Source of the DNA: Pseudomonadota bacterium
GTDB taxonomy: Bacteria; Pseudomonadota; Alphaproteobacteria; Rs-D84
Direction: 5' to 3'
Length of the DNA: 40,273 nt
Assembly: GCA_009781955.1 (NCBI GenBank)
Contig: WQUT01000074.1
Coordinates: 1 to 40,273, forward strand
Numbering within the stretch: position 1 is the stretch's first letter; each line of letters opens with the position of its first letter. Position numbers and translations under genes: made by a program. Positions 31,187 through 40,273 of the stretch are shown here, one piece after another. Below the pieces are notes generated by a model. That model saw only the letters and a program-made list of their open reading frames with translations, was not told where the DNA came from and searched no databases.

Positions 31187-32350
31187 ATGTTAAAATTTCG
31201 TGAACGCACAAACAGCTGGCCGGGATTCGTGGACTTGTTTTCCAACCTGGTCATCATCTTGATTTTTTTGCTGATTGTGTTCGTGTTCCTGTGGACCACG
31301 ACCACCGTGTTCAATAACAAGGCCAGCATCAAAAGGGTCGCGGAGCTTTCGCGCGCAAACGCCGACCAGGCCCAGACCATTTCCAGCATGTCCGCCGACA
31401 GCGAAGAGGCGAAGCGCCTGTTGGTCTTGGCGCGCGCGGAACTGGAAAGCATGGGCGCGGCGAAATCCGCGCTGGAATCCCAGGTGGCGGCATTGACCGA
31501 CCAGCAGAGGGTTCTTATAGAACAAACGGACTCGCTGCTGGCCGCAAATACCGCGGATTTTGAAAAGCAACTGCGGGAAAAAGACGCCGATTTGGACCAG
31601 TTGACCGCGACGTTCAAACAGCAGCTGGACGAACTGAACGCGAATCGCGACCAGATGCAGGCAATGGTGCAAAACCTGACCGACCAGCTGAACGCCGCGC
31701 AAACCGCGGCCCAGGACAAGGCCGCGCTGACCGAGGAACAGGCGGCGCATCAGGCGGATCTGGCCGCGCAAATCGCCCGGCTGAACGCGGCGCTGGCGGA
31801 TTCCGAACAAAAAATCCAGGACCAGAAAGTCCAGTATATGGAAATGTCAAACCGCCTGAACAAAGCGCTGGCCGACAAAATCGCGCAAATGAATGAATAT
31901 CAATCGGCGTTTTATCGGGCCGTCAAGACCGCCCTGGCCAACGTTCCCGGCATTGAAATTGACGGCGACCGGTTCATTATCGCGTCCGACATACTGTTCG
32001 CGTCCGGCGCATACAGCCTGTCGGCGGACGGCAAGAACCAGATGCGCCTGATCGCGCGCGTTATCAAGGATTTGGAAAACCAAATTCCGACCGACGTGAA
32101 ATGGATTATCCGCGTTGACGGCCACACGGACAAGCGGCCCGTAATTCCGGGCACGCCGGGGTTCAGCAATAATATGCAACTCTCGCTGTTGCGCGCGACG
32201 GCGGTCAAGAACGAATTGATTGCCAACGGGGTGTCGCCGCGACGCCTGATCCCCAGCGGGTTCGGCGACTTGTATCCCTTGGAACTGGGCACCTCGCCCG
32301 CGGAAATGCAAAAGAACCGCCGGATAGAACTGCGCCTGACCAATCCGTAA
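31187..32350 (+). CDS. MotB-like protein: TM plug, ~250-aa coiled coil, OmpA_C peptidoglycan-binding domain
   Basis: WPGFVDLFSNLVIILIFLLIV (conserved Asp), a long heptad-rich Q/A/L segment, and C-terminal VDGHTDKRPV...NMQLSLLRATAV...NRRIELRL. ggagggg SD. Confidence 0.8.
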   Translation: MLKFRERTNSWPGFVDLFSNLVIILIFLLIVFVFLWTTTTVFNNKASIKRVAELSRANADQAQTISSMSADSEEAKRLLVLARAELESMGAAKSALESQVAALTDQQRVLIEQTDSLLAANTADFEKQLREKDADLDQLTATFKQQLDELNANRDQMQAMVQNLTDQLNAAQTAAQDKAALTEEQAAHQADLAAQIARLNAALADSEQKIQDQKVQYMEMSNRLNKALADKIAQMNEYQSAFYRAVKTALANVPGIEIDGDRFIIASDILFASGAYSLSADGKNQMRLIARVIKDLENQIPTDVKWIIRVDGHTDKRPVIPGTPGFSNNMQLSLLRATAVKNELIANGVSPRRLIPSGFGDLYPLELGTSPAEMQKNRRIELRLTNP

Positions 32351-32354
32351 AACT

Positions 32355-32377
32355 AAAGCCGCCATTGGCGGCTTTTA
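32355..32377 (+). terminator. rho-independent terminator
   Basis: aaagccgccattggcggctttt immediately after the stop at 32350. Confidence 0.75.
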
Positions 32378-32402
32378 TAATTCATTGGTGCCTTAAAAGC
32401 TG

Positions 32403-32430
32403 TTGACAAACCAAAATTGCCGTATATAAT
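32403..32430 (+). promoter_or_regulatory. sigma70-like promoter TTGACA-16-TATAAT
   Basis: ttgacaaaccaaaattgccgtatataat. Confidence 0.5.
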
Positions 32431-32465
32431 GATAGAGGCAATCAAAGCTTGTGAAAGGATTTATC

Positions 32466-32588
32466 ATGTCACTCAAAAACTTTTTTATAGGTTCAAACAA
32501 AGGCAACGGCAATACTGTTATACCTGATGCCATTATGGATACCGGCAGCGTGCCGATCGTAAAATTCGTTGTAAATTTTGATAATTAA
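32466..32588 (+). CDS. possible small protein (40 aa), not in the ORF track
   Basis: aaagga SD plus ATG. MSLKNFFIGSNKGNGNTVIPDAIMDTGSVPIVKFVVNFDN, double stop. Behind the strong promoter. Confidence 0.3.
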   Translation: MSLKNFFIGSNKGNGNTVIPDAIMDTGSVPIVKFVVNFDN

Positions 32589-32689
32589 TAACGACAGGCT
32601 ATACAATTGAATCGCCCGAGACAGTAAACGGCAAACCGGGCTATGACGGTCAAGAATTAGCGTTATATGAAGAGTATATAACACAGTTT

Positions 32690-33094
32690 GTGAATAATAG
32701 AAGCTTTCTTTTTTATAATAATCAAGAACGGTTAAAAGAGCTTCATTTTAGAACCGCGCCAAATTTTAATGGTGAGACATTACTTTTTGATCGCGTGCCT
32801 ATAGGCAACGGCGAAGCAATGTATTCCTCGGCCACTGTGTCAGAAAAATTGGAGAATATATGCGGCGGCAATGTTTGGGTCAAGGCGGTTACATGCACGC
32901 AAACAGGCCAATTTTTCATATTTAAAAAGTATATACTGGCGACCGAGAGATACAAATATAATCGCGAGCAAGCTGCTAAATTCTGCCTGACACGCGCGAT
33001 AAATCAGTTAAATTTACATGAGACCAGTTTTTGGGAAATATCGCGCAAGCTGCGCGTGCCTTACGACGGGCGCGGACAAGAGAGACAATCTTAG
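32690..33094 (+). CDS. hypothetical protein (AT-rich island); start uncertain (GTG)
   Basis: 134-aa ORF. The frame stays open 35 codons further upstream with no canonical start codon. Confidence 0.4.
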   Translation: MNNRSFLFYNNQERLKELHFRTAPNFNGETLLFDRVPIGNGEAMYSSATVSEKLENICGGNVWVKAVTCTQTGQFFIFKKYILATERYKYNREQAAKFCLTRAINQLNLHETSFWEISRKLRVPYDGRGQERQS

Positions 33095-33153
33095 AAATCA
33101 CGCGAACGCGCGTTTTCTCCAGCCTCTCTTTTCAAATGGCGATTTTTACCCTT

Positions 33154-33513
33154 TCAGAAATACGTCGGATCTTTCAATCTTTCGCCGGCAACCAAATGCA
33201 AATGGAAATGGGGCACCGATTGCTTTACAAACGGCGCGTCGCCCGCGCTGGCCCAAGTATTGAAATCGTCGCGAATGCCCAGCGCATCCGCCGTTTCTTT
33301 CACCACCGTCCAGAATCCGGCCTGTTCCGCCGCGGATGCGCGCGCCAGAAATTCATAGAAATTCACATATTCGCCGCGCGGAATGACCAGCGCATGTTGG
33401 CTGGCGCAGGGGGAAATATCGTGGAACGATACCCCGTATTCGTTCTCGCAAATCTTTTTGCACGGGATTTCCCCGCGCAGGATTTTCGCAAAAACATTGG
33501 ATTTGTCATACAT
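33154..33513 (-). CDS. HIT family (histidine triad) hydrolase
   Basis: MYDKSNVFAKILRGEIPCKK... and the triad motif VPHFHLHLV. Confidence 0.85.
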   Translation of the reverse strand: MYDKSNVFAKILRGEIPCKKICENEYGVSFHDISPCASQHALVIPRGEYVNFYEFLARASAAEQAGFWTVVKETADALGIRDDFNTWASAGDAPFVKQSVPHFHLHLVAGERLKDPTYF

Positions 33514-33580
33514 TTTTTCGCCCCCTTGAATTTTCAATTTATTCTATTATATTATAATCCGCATGAAAAGGAGAATCAAT

Positions 33581-33865
33581 ATGTTAAAACCTTTACACAA
33601 TTACGTGCTGCTGGAACGGCTGGACGAATCCGAAAAGACCGCCGGCGGAATAATCATCCCGGATAATGCCAAAGAAAAACCCGCGCGCGGGCGCGTTGTC
33701 GCCGTGGGCCCGGGCGCTTATGACGGCGATGAACTGACCCCCATGACTGTCAAGAAAAACGATACCGTCATGTTTGCAAAATGGGCCGCAAGCGCGAATG
33801 AAATAAAGCTGGATGGGAAAGACTATATCCTCATCAAGGAAACAGATATTTTGGGAATATTATAA
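33581..33865 (+). CDS. groES: co-chaperonin GroES
   Basis: MLKPLHNYVLLERLDESEKTAGGIIIPDNAKEKPARGRVVAVGPG with aaggag SD. Confidence 0.9.
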   Translation: MLKPLHNYVLLERLDESEKTAGGIIIPDNAKEKPARGRVVAVGPGAYDGDELTPMTVKKNDTVMFAKWAASANEIKLDGKDYILIKETDILGIL

Positions 33866-33866
33866 T

Positions 33867-33936
33867 CGTGCCGGTGGCTCGTGCTCGTGATTCGTATCGC
33901 GGGCATAACAAGAGCCACGAGCACGAATCACGAACA
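33867..33936. repeat. inverted CTCGTG/CACGAG-type short-unit arrays in the groES-groEL spacer
   Basis: cgtgccggtggctcgtgctcgtgattcgt ... agccacgagcacgaatcacgaacac. An 11-bp exact stem tcgtgctcgtg/cacgagcacga is possible. Confidence 0.7.
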
Positions 33937-33950
33937 CAAAAGGAAAACAA

Positions 33951-35603
33951 ATGGCAAAAGAAATTCTATTTTCAACCGAGGCCCTGAAACGCGGCGTGGA
34001 TAAATTGGCCGACGCGGTCAAAATCACCCTGGGGCCCAAGGGACGAACCGTTGTAATAGAGAAATCCTATGGCGCGCCGATCGCGACCAAGGACGGCGTA
34101 ACGGTGGCCAAGGCCGTGTCATTGAAAGATCCGGGCGAAAACATCGGCGCGCAAATGCTGAAAGAGGCCGCGGTCAAGGCCGGCGATATCGCCGGCGACG
34201 GCACGACCACCGCGACGGTTCTGGCCCAGAAAATGTTCGCGGAAGGATACAAGATGACGGCGGCCGGATCCAACCCCATGGACATACGCCGCGGGATTGA
34301 AATCGCCGTCGCCGCGGTTGTCGCCGACATAGAAAAACACGCGCGGCCGGTGAAGGATAATTCCGAAATAGCCCAGGTCGCGACCATTTCCGCCAACGGC
34401 GATTCGGACATCGGCCAGAAAATCGCGGGCGCCATGGAGCGCGTCGGCAAGGAAGGCGTGATAACGGTAGAGGAAGCCAAAGGACTGGATACGGAAATAG
34501 AGGTCGTGGAAGGCATGCAGTTTAACCACGGATTTATGTCGCCCTACTTCGTCACCAATGCCGAAAAAATGCTGTGCGAGCTGGAAGGCGCGCAAATCCT
34601 GGTGTCCGAAAAGAAAATCACGGGACTGCAAGCGTTGCTGCCTATCCTGGAGCCAATCGCGCAATCCGGCAAGCCTTTGCTGGTTATCGCGGACGATGTG
34701 GAATCCGAGGCGCTTGCGACGCTTGTCCTGAACCGTTTGCGCGGCGGACTGAAAGTATGCGCCGTAAAGGCCCCCGGATTCGGCGACCGGCGCAAGGAAA
34801 TGCTGAAAGACATCGCTATCTTAACCGGCGCGACCGTGATTTCCGACGATATGGGAATGACGTTTGAAAACCTGACGCCCGCGGTTTTGGGCGCGGCGAA
34901 AAAGGTTGTTGTCGGCAAAGACACCACGCTCATCGTTGACGGCGCGGGAAAATCCGCGGCGATAAAGTCGCGTGCGGACGAAATCCGCAAAACCTTGGAA
35001 ACAACCACGTCCGATTATGATCGCGAGAAACTGTCGGAACGCCTGGCGCGTTTGGTCGGCGGCGTCGCGGTTATCAAGGTCGGCGGCATGACCGAAGTGG
35101 AAGTGAAAGAAAAGAAAGACCGCGTTGACGACGCGCTGTCGGCCACGCGCGCCGCGGTTGCCGAGGGCATCGTTCCCGGCGGCGGCGTCGCACTGCTGCG
35201 CGCGCGACGGAATGCATTTACGGGGAAACTGACGGCGGACTTGAATGCCGACCAGCTGGTCGGATTGAATATCGTGTCGGCCGCGCTTTCCGCGCCGATT
35301 GAACAGATTGCGGCCAACGCCGGCATAAACGGCGAGGTCGTGGCGGACAAAGTTCAAAATACAATCGCCATAGATCTGAACAAAGGGGCCAAAGATGCCG
35401 GATACGGGTATGGCTATAACGCCCAGACCGGCAAATACGGCGATTTGCTGGAAATGGGAATCATTGATCCGGCCAAGGTTGTAAAGACCGCGCTCTTGGC
35501 CGCGGCGTCAACGGCCGGAATCATGCTGACCACCGGCGCGGTGATGCATGAAATTCCCGAAGAAAAGCCCGCCGCGCCCGCTGGAATGCCCGGTATGATG
35601 TAA
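33951..35603 (+). CDS. groEL: chaperonin GroEL
   Basis: 550 aa: [25 protein letters not shown]-terminal GMPGMM. Confidence 0.95.
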   Translation: MAKEILFSTEALKRGVDKLADAVKITLGPKGRTVVIEKSYGAPIATKDGVTVAKAVSLKDPGENIGAQMLKEAAVKAGDIAGDGTTTATVLAQKMFAEGYKMTAAGSNPMDIRRGIEIAVAAVVADIEKHARPVKDNSEIAQVATISANGDSDIGQKIAGAMERVGKEGVITVEEAKGLDTEIEVVEGMQFNHGFMSPYFVTNAEKMLCELEGAQILVSEKKITGLQALLPILEPIAQSGKPLLVIADDVESEALATLVLNRLRGGLKVCAVKAPGFGDRRKEMLKDIAILTGATVISDDMGMTFENLTPAVLGAAKKVVVGKDTTLIVDGAGKSAAIKSRADEIRKTLETTTSDYDREKLSERLARLVGGVAVIKVGGMTEVEVKEKKDRVDDALSATRAAVAEGIVPGGGVALLRARRNAFTGKLTADLNADQLVGLNIVSAALSAPIEQIAANAGINGEVVADKVQNTIAIDLNKGAKDAGYGYGYNAQTGKYGDLLEMGIIDPAKVVKTALLAAASTAGIMLTTGAVMHEIPEEKPAAPAGMPGMM

Positions 35604-35667
35604 TGCGGAACTTGTCCCCCGAAGCCTTGGCGAAGGGGGATGGGCGGAATGATGTAGGATGAGTTCT

Positions 35668-35734
35668 GGTGGGGCGACTTTGTCCCAAAGTCGCCTTTTT
35701 ATATAGGCAGGTTTGAGGACAAACCTGCCCCACC
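35668..35734 (+). repeat. REP doublet (two hairpins within a ggtgg...ccacc clamp), upstream of the RAYT
   Basis: ggtggggcgactttgtcccaaagtcgcctttttatataggcaggtttgaggacaaacctgccccacc. Confidence 0.85.
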
Positions 35735-35765
35735 ATATCCAGCCTTTTGTAACTACCACAGTAAA

Positions 35766-36245
35766 ATGCAAACCAATAATCCTATTTTCACTCCAAGAAA
35801 AAAGTTAAGCCATGAAGTTCCCGATTGGATTAAAGACAATCCCACATTCTTCATAACTATCAATACATTACCTCGTGGTAAAAATAATCTGATCCATTCT
35901 AATATTATAGAGGCCATAAAAAACAGTTGGAAATTATATCAATCAAAAGACATGGTATATATTGAGCACTTGTTGCTCATGCCCGATCATTTGCATATAT
36001 TAATAACATTCAACAATGTTCCCATGATTAAAACCGTAAGGCAATGGAAACGATTTATAACCAGGAAGACAAAACTAGAATGGCAACCGGATTTTTTTGA
36101 TCATAGAATTAGGCATGATGAGTCATTGTCGGAAAAAGTAAGTTATATATTTAACAATCCTGTCAGAAAAGGATTTGTTAAAAATCCAACTGACTGGAAA
36201 TACCAGTGGATTAGAGGGATGCAGGAATTGAGTGAGTTTATATAA
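35766..36245 (+). CDS. REP-associated tyrosine transposase (RAYT, IS200/IS605 Y1 family)
   Basis: HUH motif in LLLMPDHLHILI and catalytic Tyr context KVSYIFNNPVRKG. AT-rich. Flanked by identical REP doublets. Confidence 0.8.
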   Translation: MQTNNPIFTPRKKLSHEVPDWIKDNPTFFITINTLPRGKNNLIHSNIIEAIKNSWKLYQSKDMVYIEHLLLMPDHLHILITFNNVPMIKTVRQWKRFITRKTKLEWQPDFFDHRIRHDESLSEKVSYIFNNPVRKGFVKNPTDWKYQWIRGMQELSEFI

Positions 36246-36254
36246 TTGGTGTGT

Positions 36255-36321
36255 GGTGGGGCGACTTTGTCCCAAAGTCGCCTTTTTATATAGGCAGGTT
36301 TGAGGACAAACCTGCCCCACC
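36255..36321 (+). repeat. REP doublet, direct copy downstream of the RAYT
   Basis: Same 67-nt sequence as 35668-35734, in the same orientation. Confidence 0.85.
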
Positions 36322-36371
36322 GCCCCGCTTTTTTTTATTGCAAAGCATTTTTATTACTTTATATATGAAGC

Positions 36372-36863
36372 ATGAAATTCAGACCGACTGTTTTATTGGC
36401 GGCAACGCTGTTTATGACCGCGCCCTATTCCGTCGCCCAAACCGACGCGGCGGCGCAAGACACGATTTGGACATACGGATATCCGTTGCTGCAAAAGCCA
36501 CTGATTGTAATAAACCAAGACGGCGCGCTGATCTGGTTTCAAGGCGGCGGCATACATTACACGCATTATGAATCCGATAACGGCGAACGCGGATTTTCAG
36601 AAAGCACCTACCTGAGCCTAAACGATACATTGTGGAAACCGGATTGGGAAAGGATACGCGCCGCATTCGGATGGACCCTGCGCGATGCCCAGGAAGCCAT
36701 CATTCGGACAATTGCCTACAATACTTTGGCGGAAAAGAAAAATAGCTCGCGGTCGGCCATGGCGCCCAAGGAAAACAAATTCATGGCCGAATATGAAAAC
36801 TGGCTGAAAACCAACAATCTGTTCCTGAACGCCGCCGGCCGGCTTTATAAAAAGCGGCGGTAA
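36372..36863 (+). CDS. secreted hypothetical protein
   Basis: Signal peptide MKFRPTVLLAATLFMTAPYSVAQ. No family recognised. Confidence 0.5.
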   Translation: MKFRPTVLLAATLFMTAPYSVAQTDAAAQDTIWTYGYPLLQKPLIVINQDGALIWFQGGGIHYTHYESDNGERGFSESTYLSLNDTLWKPDWERIRAAFGWTLRDAQEAIIRTIAYNTLAEKKNSSRSAMAPKENKFMAEYENWLKTNNLFLNAAGRLYKKRR

Positions 36864-36867
36864 ATTT

Positions 36868-36942
36868 TGGCAGTCCCAACGGGAATTGAACCCGTGTTTT
36901 CAGAATGAGAATCTGACGTCCTAACCGCTAGACGATGGGACC
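36868..36942 (-). tRNA. tRNA-Glu(CUC)
   Basis: Hand-folded: ggtccca/tgggact acceptor (G1-U72), D arm gtct-agcggtta-ggac, anticodon arm tcaga-ttCTCat-tctga, T arm acggg-ttcaatt-cccgt, GCCA end. Confidence 0.85.
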
Positions 36943-36982
36943 AAGAAAAAAAACCAAACTATCCCGTTGCAACATTGCTGTT

Positions 36983-37053
36983 GTCATTCCGGCGACCCGG
37001 GCCCCGCCGCAATCTTTTTTTGATTGCGGTGGGCGGGGATGGCCGGAACGATG
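36983..37053. repeat. gtcattcc-family palindromic element
   Basis: gtcattccggcgacccgggccccgccgcaatctttttttgattgcggtgggcggggatggccggaacgat. Confidence 0.6.
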
Positions 37054-37150
37054 GGACCAAATGTGCGCCCAATTATATCCGGCAAATTGCAAAAATCAAC
37101 CTAAATAATGGCTATGGCCATTCCGCATCCAGAAAATCTCCGGATTTGTT

Positions 37151-37591
37151 TTATGCCGATACCGCGCCCTTGTCCACAGAGAATTCATGGTAAAATTTAT
37201 ACGTTTCCGGAATGAATTCCAGGACTGAAAAATCCCCGCCGTCGCGGCCGGCCGGATAATACATCTTCCACGAATCGTCCCACAGGGCGTTTTTGGTCGC
37301 GGATTCCGTGACTTCGCGCACTTTGCCGGTCAGCAGCATGCCATCGTAACCGGCGGTATACGCATACAGCGACGCCGCGGAATGCGCGCGAATCTGCGCG
37401 ATTTTATCGGAATGGGTATTCGTTATCATCAAAATCCGGTTGTCTTTCTTAAAAAATCCAACCAGATGCGGCGCGATTTCCGGGTGCCGGATATTGATTA
37501 ACGCGCGCATCACCGGGACACCGTCCGCCAGCGTCGCCAGCGTGTAAATCTGTTGCGCATCCAAAAAGTTCAGTATTTCAGCTATGTTCAT
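37151..37591 (-). CDS. pyridoxamine 5'-phosphate oxidase-like (general stress protein 26-like) FMN-binding protein
   Basis: 146 aa. The pattern YTLATLADGVPVMRAL...ITNTHSDKIAQI...ASLY...LTGKV...W resembles the split-barrel PNPOx family. Confidence 0.6.
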   Translation of the reverse strand: MNIAEILNFLDAQQIYTLATLADGVPVMRALINIRHPEIAPHLVGFFKKDNRILMITNTHSDKIAQIRAHSAASLYAYTAGYDGMLLTGKVREVTESATKNALWDDSWKMYYPAGRDGGDFSVLEFIPETYKFYHEFSVDKGAVSA

Positions 37592-37713
37592 TTTCCATCC
37601 TTTGGGTTTGGTCCTAGCTTATCATTCCATTTGCAAAAATCAAGACGGCCGGGTAAAATAAAGCGAATCAAAGGCAAAACAATTAAACGCGATGTAACAT
37701 CAGGAAATAAAAG

Positions 37714-38376
37714 ATGAAAAAATTTCTGGTTTTATTTTTTCTGGTATTCTCTCTGCCCGCGCTGGCCTTTTCGCCGCCACCCGAAGGCGCACCGGCCAAT
37801 GATTTGTGGGGCATTTCCAAATACGCCGGATTTGATTTCGGAATCGGGTTGGCAAAATCTGACAAAGGATTCGCGAACACGGATAAAAGAATGAACGCGG
37901 TCGGCGGACGAATCGGCGCGTCTTATGGTTATAAATTCCCGTTCGTGCGGATCGGCGCAGAGGCCGGCGGCGCGGGGGCAAGCCAGGAATTTCAAACAGA
38001 TCTTTCCCGCCCGAATAATGATAAGTTCAGCTTCAAAGCGTTTTACTTGATGCCGCATATTTTTCTGGAAATGGACTGGCCCGGATACGTCGTGCCCTAT
38101 GTCGGATATGCAATCGGCATTGGTGCCCTCAGCACAAAGAATGAACATTATGTTATGACATCCGTGTGGCCCCCGGTAACGGAACAGATACGCGACAGTA
38201 AAATTGGCATAGGCAAAACCAGCGCGATTATGCTGGGCGCGCGGTTTTCATTAACCAGCTGGATGTATTGGAATGTATTCTGGCGGGAACAAAATTACGG
38301 CCGCATAAGGATTTCCAAGGACAACAGCAATCTGATCAGCCGCGAAATCGCGGCGGGGTTGGTGTTAAAGTTTTAA
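37714..38376 (+). CDS. small outer-membrane beta-barrel protein
   Basis: Signal peptide MKKFLVLFFLVFSLPALA, alternating aromatic/Gly strands, terminal ...AAGLVLKF. Confidence 0.65.
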   Translation: MKKFLVLFFLVFSLPALAFSPPPEGAPANDLWGISKYAGFDFGIGLAKSDKGFANTDKRMNAVGGRIGASYGYKFPFVRIGAEAGGAGASQEFQTDLSRPNNDKFSFKAFYLMPHIFLEMDWPGYVVPYVGYAIGIGALSTKNEHYVMTSVWPPVTEQIRDSKIGIGKTSAIMLGARFSLTSWMYWNVFWREQNYGRIRISKDNSNLISREIAAGLVLKF

Positions 38377-38446
38377 TTTTGGCGCATGCTATCGGCATTC
38401 GCATTCCTAAATAACCGCTTTTATTTCTTGCCGCCCGGATAAAATC

Positions 38447-38468
38447 AACCCGCCCATTTGGGCGGGTT
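38447..38468. terminator. bidirectional terminator hairpin
   Basis: aacccgcccatttgggcgggtt between convergent genes. Confidence 0.7.
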
Positions 38469-38493
38469 GTTTATGCAACGGGCAAATCCAAAA

Positions 38494-39165
38494 TTACTGC
38501 GCGTTGCCGATGATTTGGATTTCAACGCGGCGGTTCATCGCGCGGCCCGCAACGGTTGAGTTATCCGCGACCGGGCGGGAAGAGCCGTATCCATGGGTCA
38601 CAATGCGCGAACCGGAAACGCCGCTGGCGATCAGCTGGGTCGCGACGGCGGCCGCGCGGCTCTGCGACAGCTGGTTGTTCGCGGCAACGCCGCCCGTGCT
38701 GTCCGTGTGGCCGGACACCAGGATATTCGTGTCTTTATACTTTTTCAGAACAATCGCGACGGAATCCAAAACCGAATAGAAATTGGATGTAATCACCGCG
38801 CTGCCCGATGCGAACGTCACGTCGCCCGGCATATTCAGCGTGATGCTGTTGTCGGCGTTCTTTGTGACGGACACGCCCGTTCCCGCCAGCTGGTTGCGCA
38901 GTTCCGTGTTCTGGTTGTCCATATACAGCCCGATTCCGCCGCCGACCAACGCGCCGCTGCCGGCCCCGATTGCGGCGCCCTTTAACGCGCCCTTGCCGCC
39001 GCCGGTCAGCGCGCCGATTCCCGCGCCCACCGCCGCGCCGCCCAGTGCGCCGATGCCCGCGCCCTTGGCCGTGTCGGACGTGCGACGTTCACCGGTGTAT
39101 GCGTCGGTCACGCAACCGGATAATACGGATAAAGCCATTGCGCAAATTGCGAATTTTTTAATCAT
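38494..39165 (-). CDS. OmpA-family lipoprotein with a glycine-zipper region
   Basis: Start MIKKFAICAMALSVLSGC (lipobox; aaggaagg SD), Gly-zipper GAGIGALGGAAVGAGIGAL, OmpA_C with GHTDSTG...NNQLSQSRA...NRRVEIQI. Confidence 0.85.
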   Translation of the reverse strand: MIKKFAICAMALSVLSGCVTDAYTGERRTSDTAKGAGIGALGGAAVGAGIGALTGGGKGALKGAAIGAGSGALVGGGIGLYMDNQNTELRNQLAGTGVSVTKNADNSITLNMPGDVTFASGSAVITSNFYSVLDSVAIVLKKYKDTNILVSGHTDSTGGVAANNQLSQSRAAAVATQLIASGVSGSRIVTHGYGSSRPVADNSTVAGRAMNRRVEIQIIGNAQ

Positions 39166-39290
39166 GATTCCTTCCTTTTTTTGGAACTTGTTGAACACTG
39201 GACAGAATATCAAAAAATATGTTTTATGCAAGGGGAAAGTTGATCGGAGAGATGGTAAAAAGCCTAGGGTCAGGACACAATGAATTGACC

Positions 39291-40076
39291 CTAATAGTAT
39301 TTTACCCTCTTTCCATATAATTTATCAAAATTGTCGGCGATAAATCTGCACTGCGCCTCGTATTCGCGTTCAAACTTTTTCCTGCTTTCAGGCAGGTTCT
39401 TTTCGGCTAGTTTCAGTTTTTTGTAAACAGTATCATACTGTTCGGCCATATCATAGTCAACCGTCAGCGTTCCGTCAGGCGCGTGCGTCATTAAAGCGGC
39501 CACAGATTCCAAACCGCTGAAATAACGCCACATGCGTTTCCACGGTTTGTAATTTCGTCTGAAAAACGGCTCGCGACATATGTATTTATTTGCCTTGTTT
39601 CTGGGCAGCAAATCTGTAAACGTAAAAGTTTTTCGGTCGGGGCATGCAAACAAATTAGAACCGTCCGTATCAATTAACAACCCGAACCTATCGCGAATTT
39701 CCGTGCAGCTGTATACCAGCTTGTCAAACACGGGTTGTTCAAACTCTGAAATCGGGCCGATCGGCTGTTCGTCAACGGGCTTTCCGTATGCCAGGTCGTA
39801 TAAAGCATATCCGGAATTATCAGAATAATTAACAATTTCAAAGTCAATTAAACGCGCGACATCATGCCCGCGGTTATACGCGCCAAACGTCTGGGCGCTC
39901 AATATCCATAATTCGCTCTCGGTCAGGCACAGCAAGCCGCATAATAAAATTAAATCGGGTTTGATAGAGGGGTCTTGATACGCGATTTTCGTCGCCGCCA
40001 GTTGTTTTGCTAGTTGATCGGGCGTTACAGACTTTTCATAAGACTCAATAAAATCAGCGGTAATTTGGTATTTCAT
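39291..40076 (-). CDS. hypothetical protein (261 aa, AT-rich)
   Basis: Long uninterrupted ORF in a low-GC stretch. No family recognised. Confidence 0.5.
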   Translation of the reverse strand: MKYQITADFIESYEKSVTPDQLAKQLAATKIAYQDPSIKPDLILLCGLLCLTESELWILSAQTFGAYNRGHDVARLIDFEIVNYSDNSGYALYDLAYGKPVDEQPIGPISEFEQPVFDKLVYSCTEIRDRFGLLIDTDGSNLFACPDRKTFTFTDLLPRNKANKYICREPFFRRNYKPWKRMWRYFSGLESVAALMTHAPDGTLTVDYDMAEQYDTVYKKLKLAEKNLPESRKKFEREYEAQCRFIADNFDKLYGKRVKYY

Positions 40077-40273
40077 AATGGGATATTATAGCGCCTGGCA
40101 CTATTTTGTCAACATAAAACTGAGGTGGGCCCAGCCTTGTAAAATCCAATTAAAAGCTCGCGCTGCGCGCCTGCCATTCGTTATCGCACGCTTCGCGTGC
40201 TGCGCTCGTCCGCTCGCCCTGCTCGCGTCTCGCTTACTCATACGCGAACCGCGATCGCGGTTCAAATCTCGCA

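Noticed and set aside
30419-32350. Zorya (ZorAB) anti-phage system
   Set aside because: The domain distribution is reversed, with a short A subunit and the long coiled coil on the B subunit. No ZorC/D/E-like genes are adjacent.
32466-33094. Programmed frameshift joining the 40-aa mini-ORF to ORF 32690..33094
   Set aside because: A slippery-looking A_AAT_TTT exists, but a -1 shift there immediately meets TGA TAA. The downstream frame opens only after the mini-ORF stop, so no productive shift is possible.
40100-40273. Partial tRNA-like or palindromic sequence at the right edge (…gcgaaccgcgatcgcggttcaaatctcgca)
   Set aside because: It is truncated by the window end. No complete cloverleaf can be folded, and it is probably another repeat module.

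Overview
Moderately high-GC bacterial chromosomal segment. Gene content and synteny look most like an alphaproteobacterium, but that placement is tentative. Housekeeping genes: NifJ-type pyruvate:ferredoxin oxidoreductase (PFOR), mscS, ctpA, an envC-like gene, tyrS, tsf-rpsB, pth, polA, recO, rplI-rpsR-rpsF, groES-groEL, tRNA-Leu and tRNA-Glu. Accessory content: a block of secreted and outer-membrane proteins (two cysteine-rich, one of 1045 aa), a class III Fic, a MotA/MotB-like pair, a RAYT flanked by REP doublets, GNAT/ASCH genes and several AT-rich orphan genes. The main signal is selfish DNA tolerated inside essential reading frames. (1) Two compact ~470-bp elements, each an AT-rich DUF559 (Vsr-like endonuclease) ORF between G/C-run hairpin inverted repeats, sit in frame in PFOR and recO. 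(2) ORF-less modular palindromic elements with related ends sit in frame in PFOR (twice), polA and an ASCH gene, and fill many intergenic spacers. (3) Tandem arrays, mostly of 7-nt units and each with its own unit sequence, lie in frame in pth, polA, the giant protein and two signal peptides, and also occur as inverted pairs. PFOR is additionally split by an mscS-containing wedge. My hypothesis is that the DUF559 elements are the autonomous members of an in-frame-inserting hairpin element family. That link is inference, not demonstrated.
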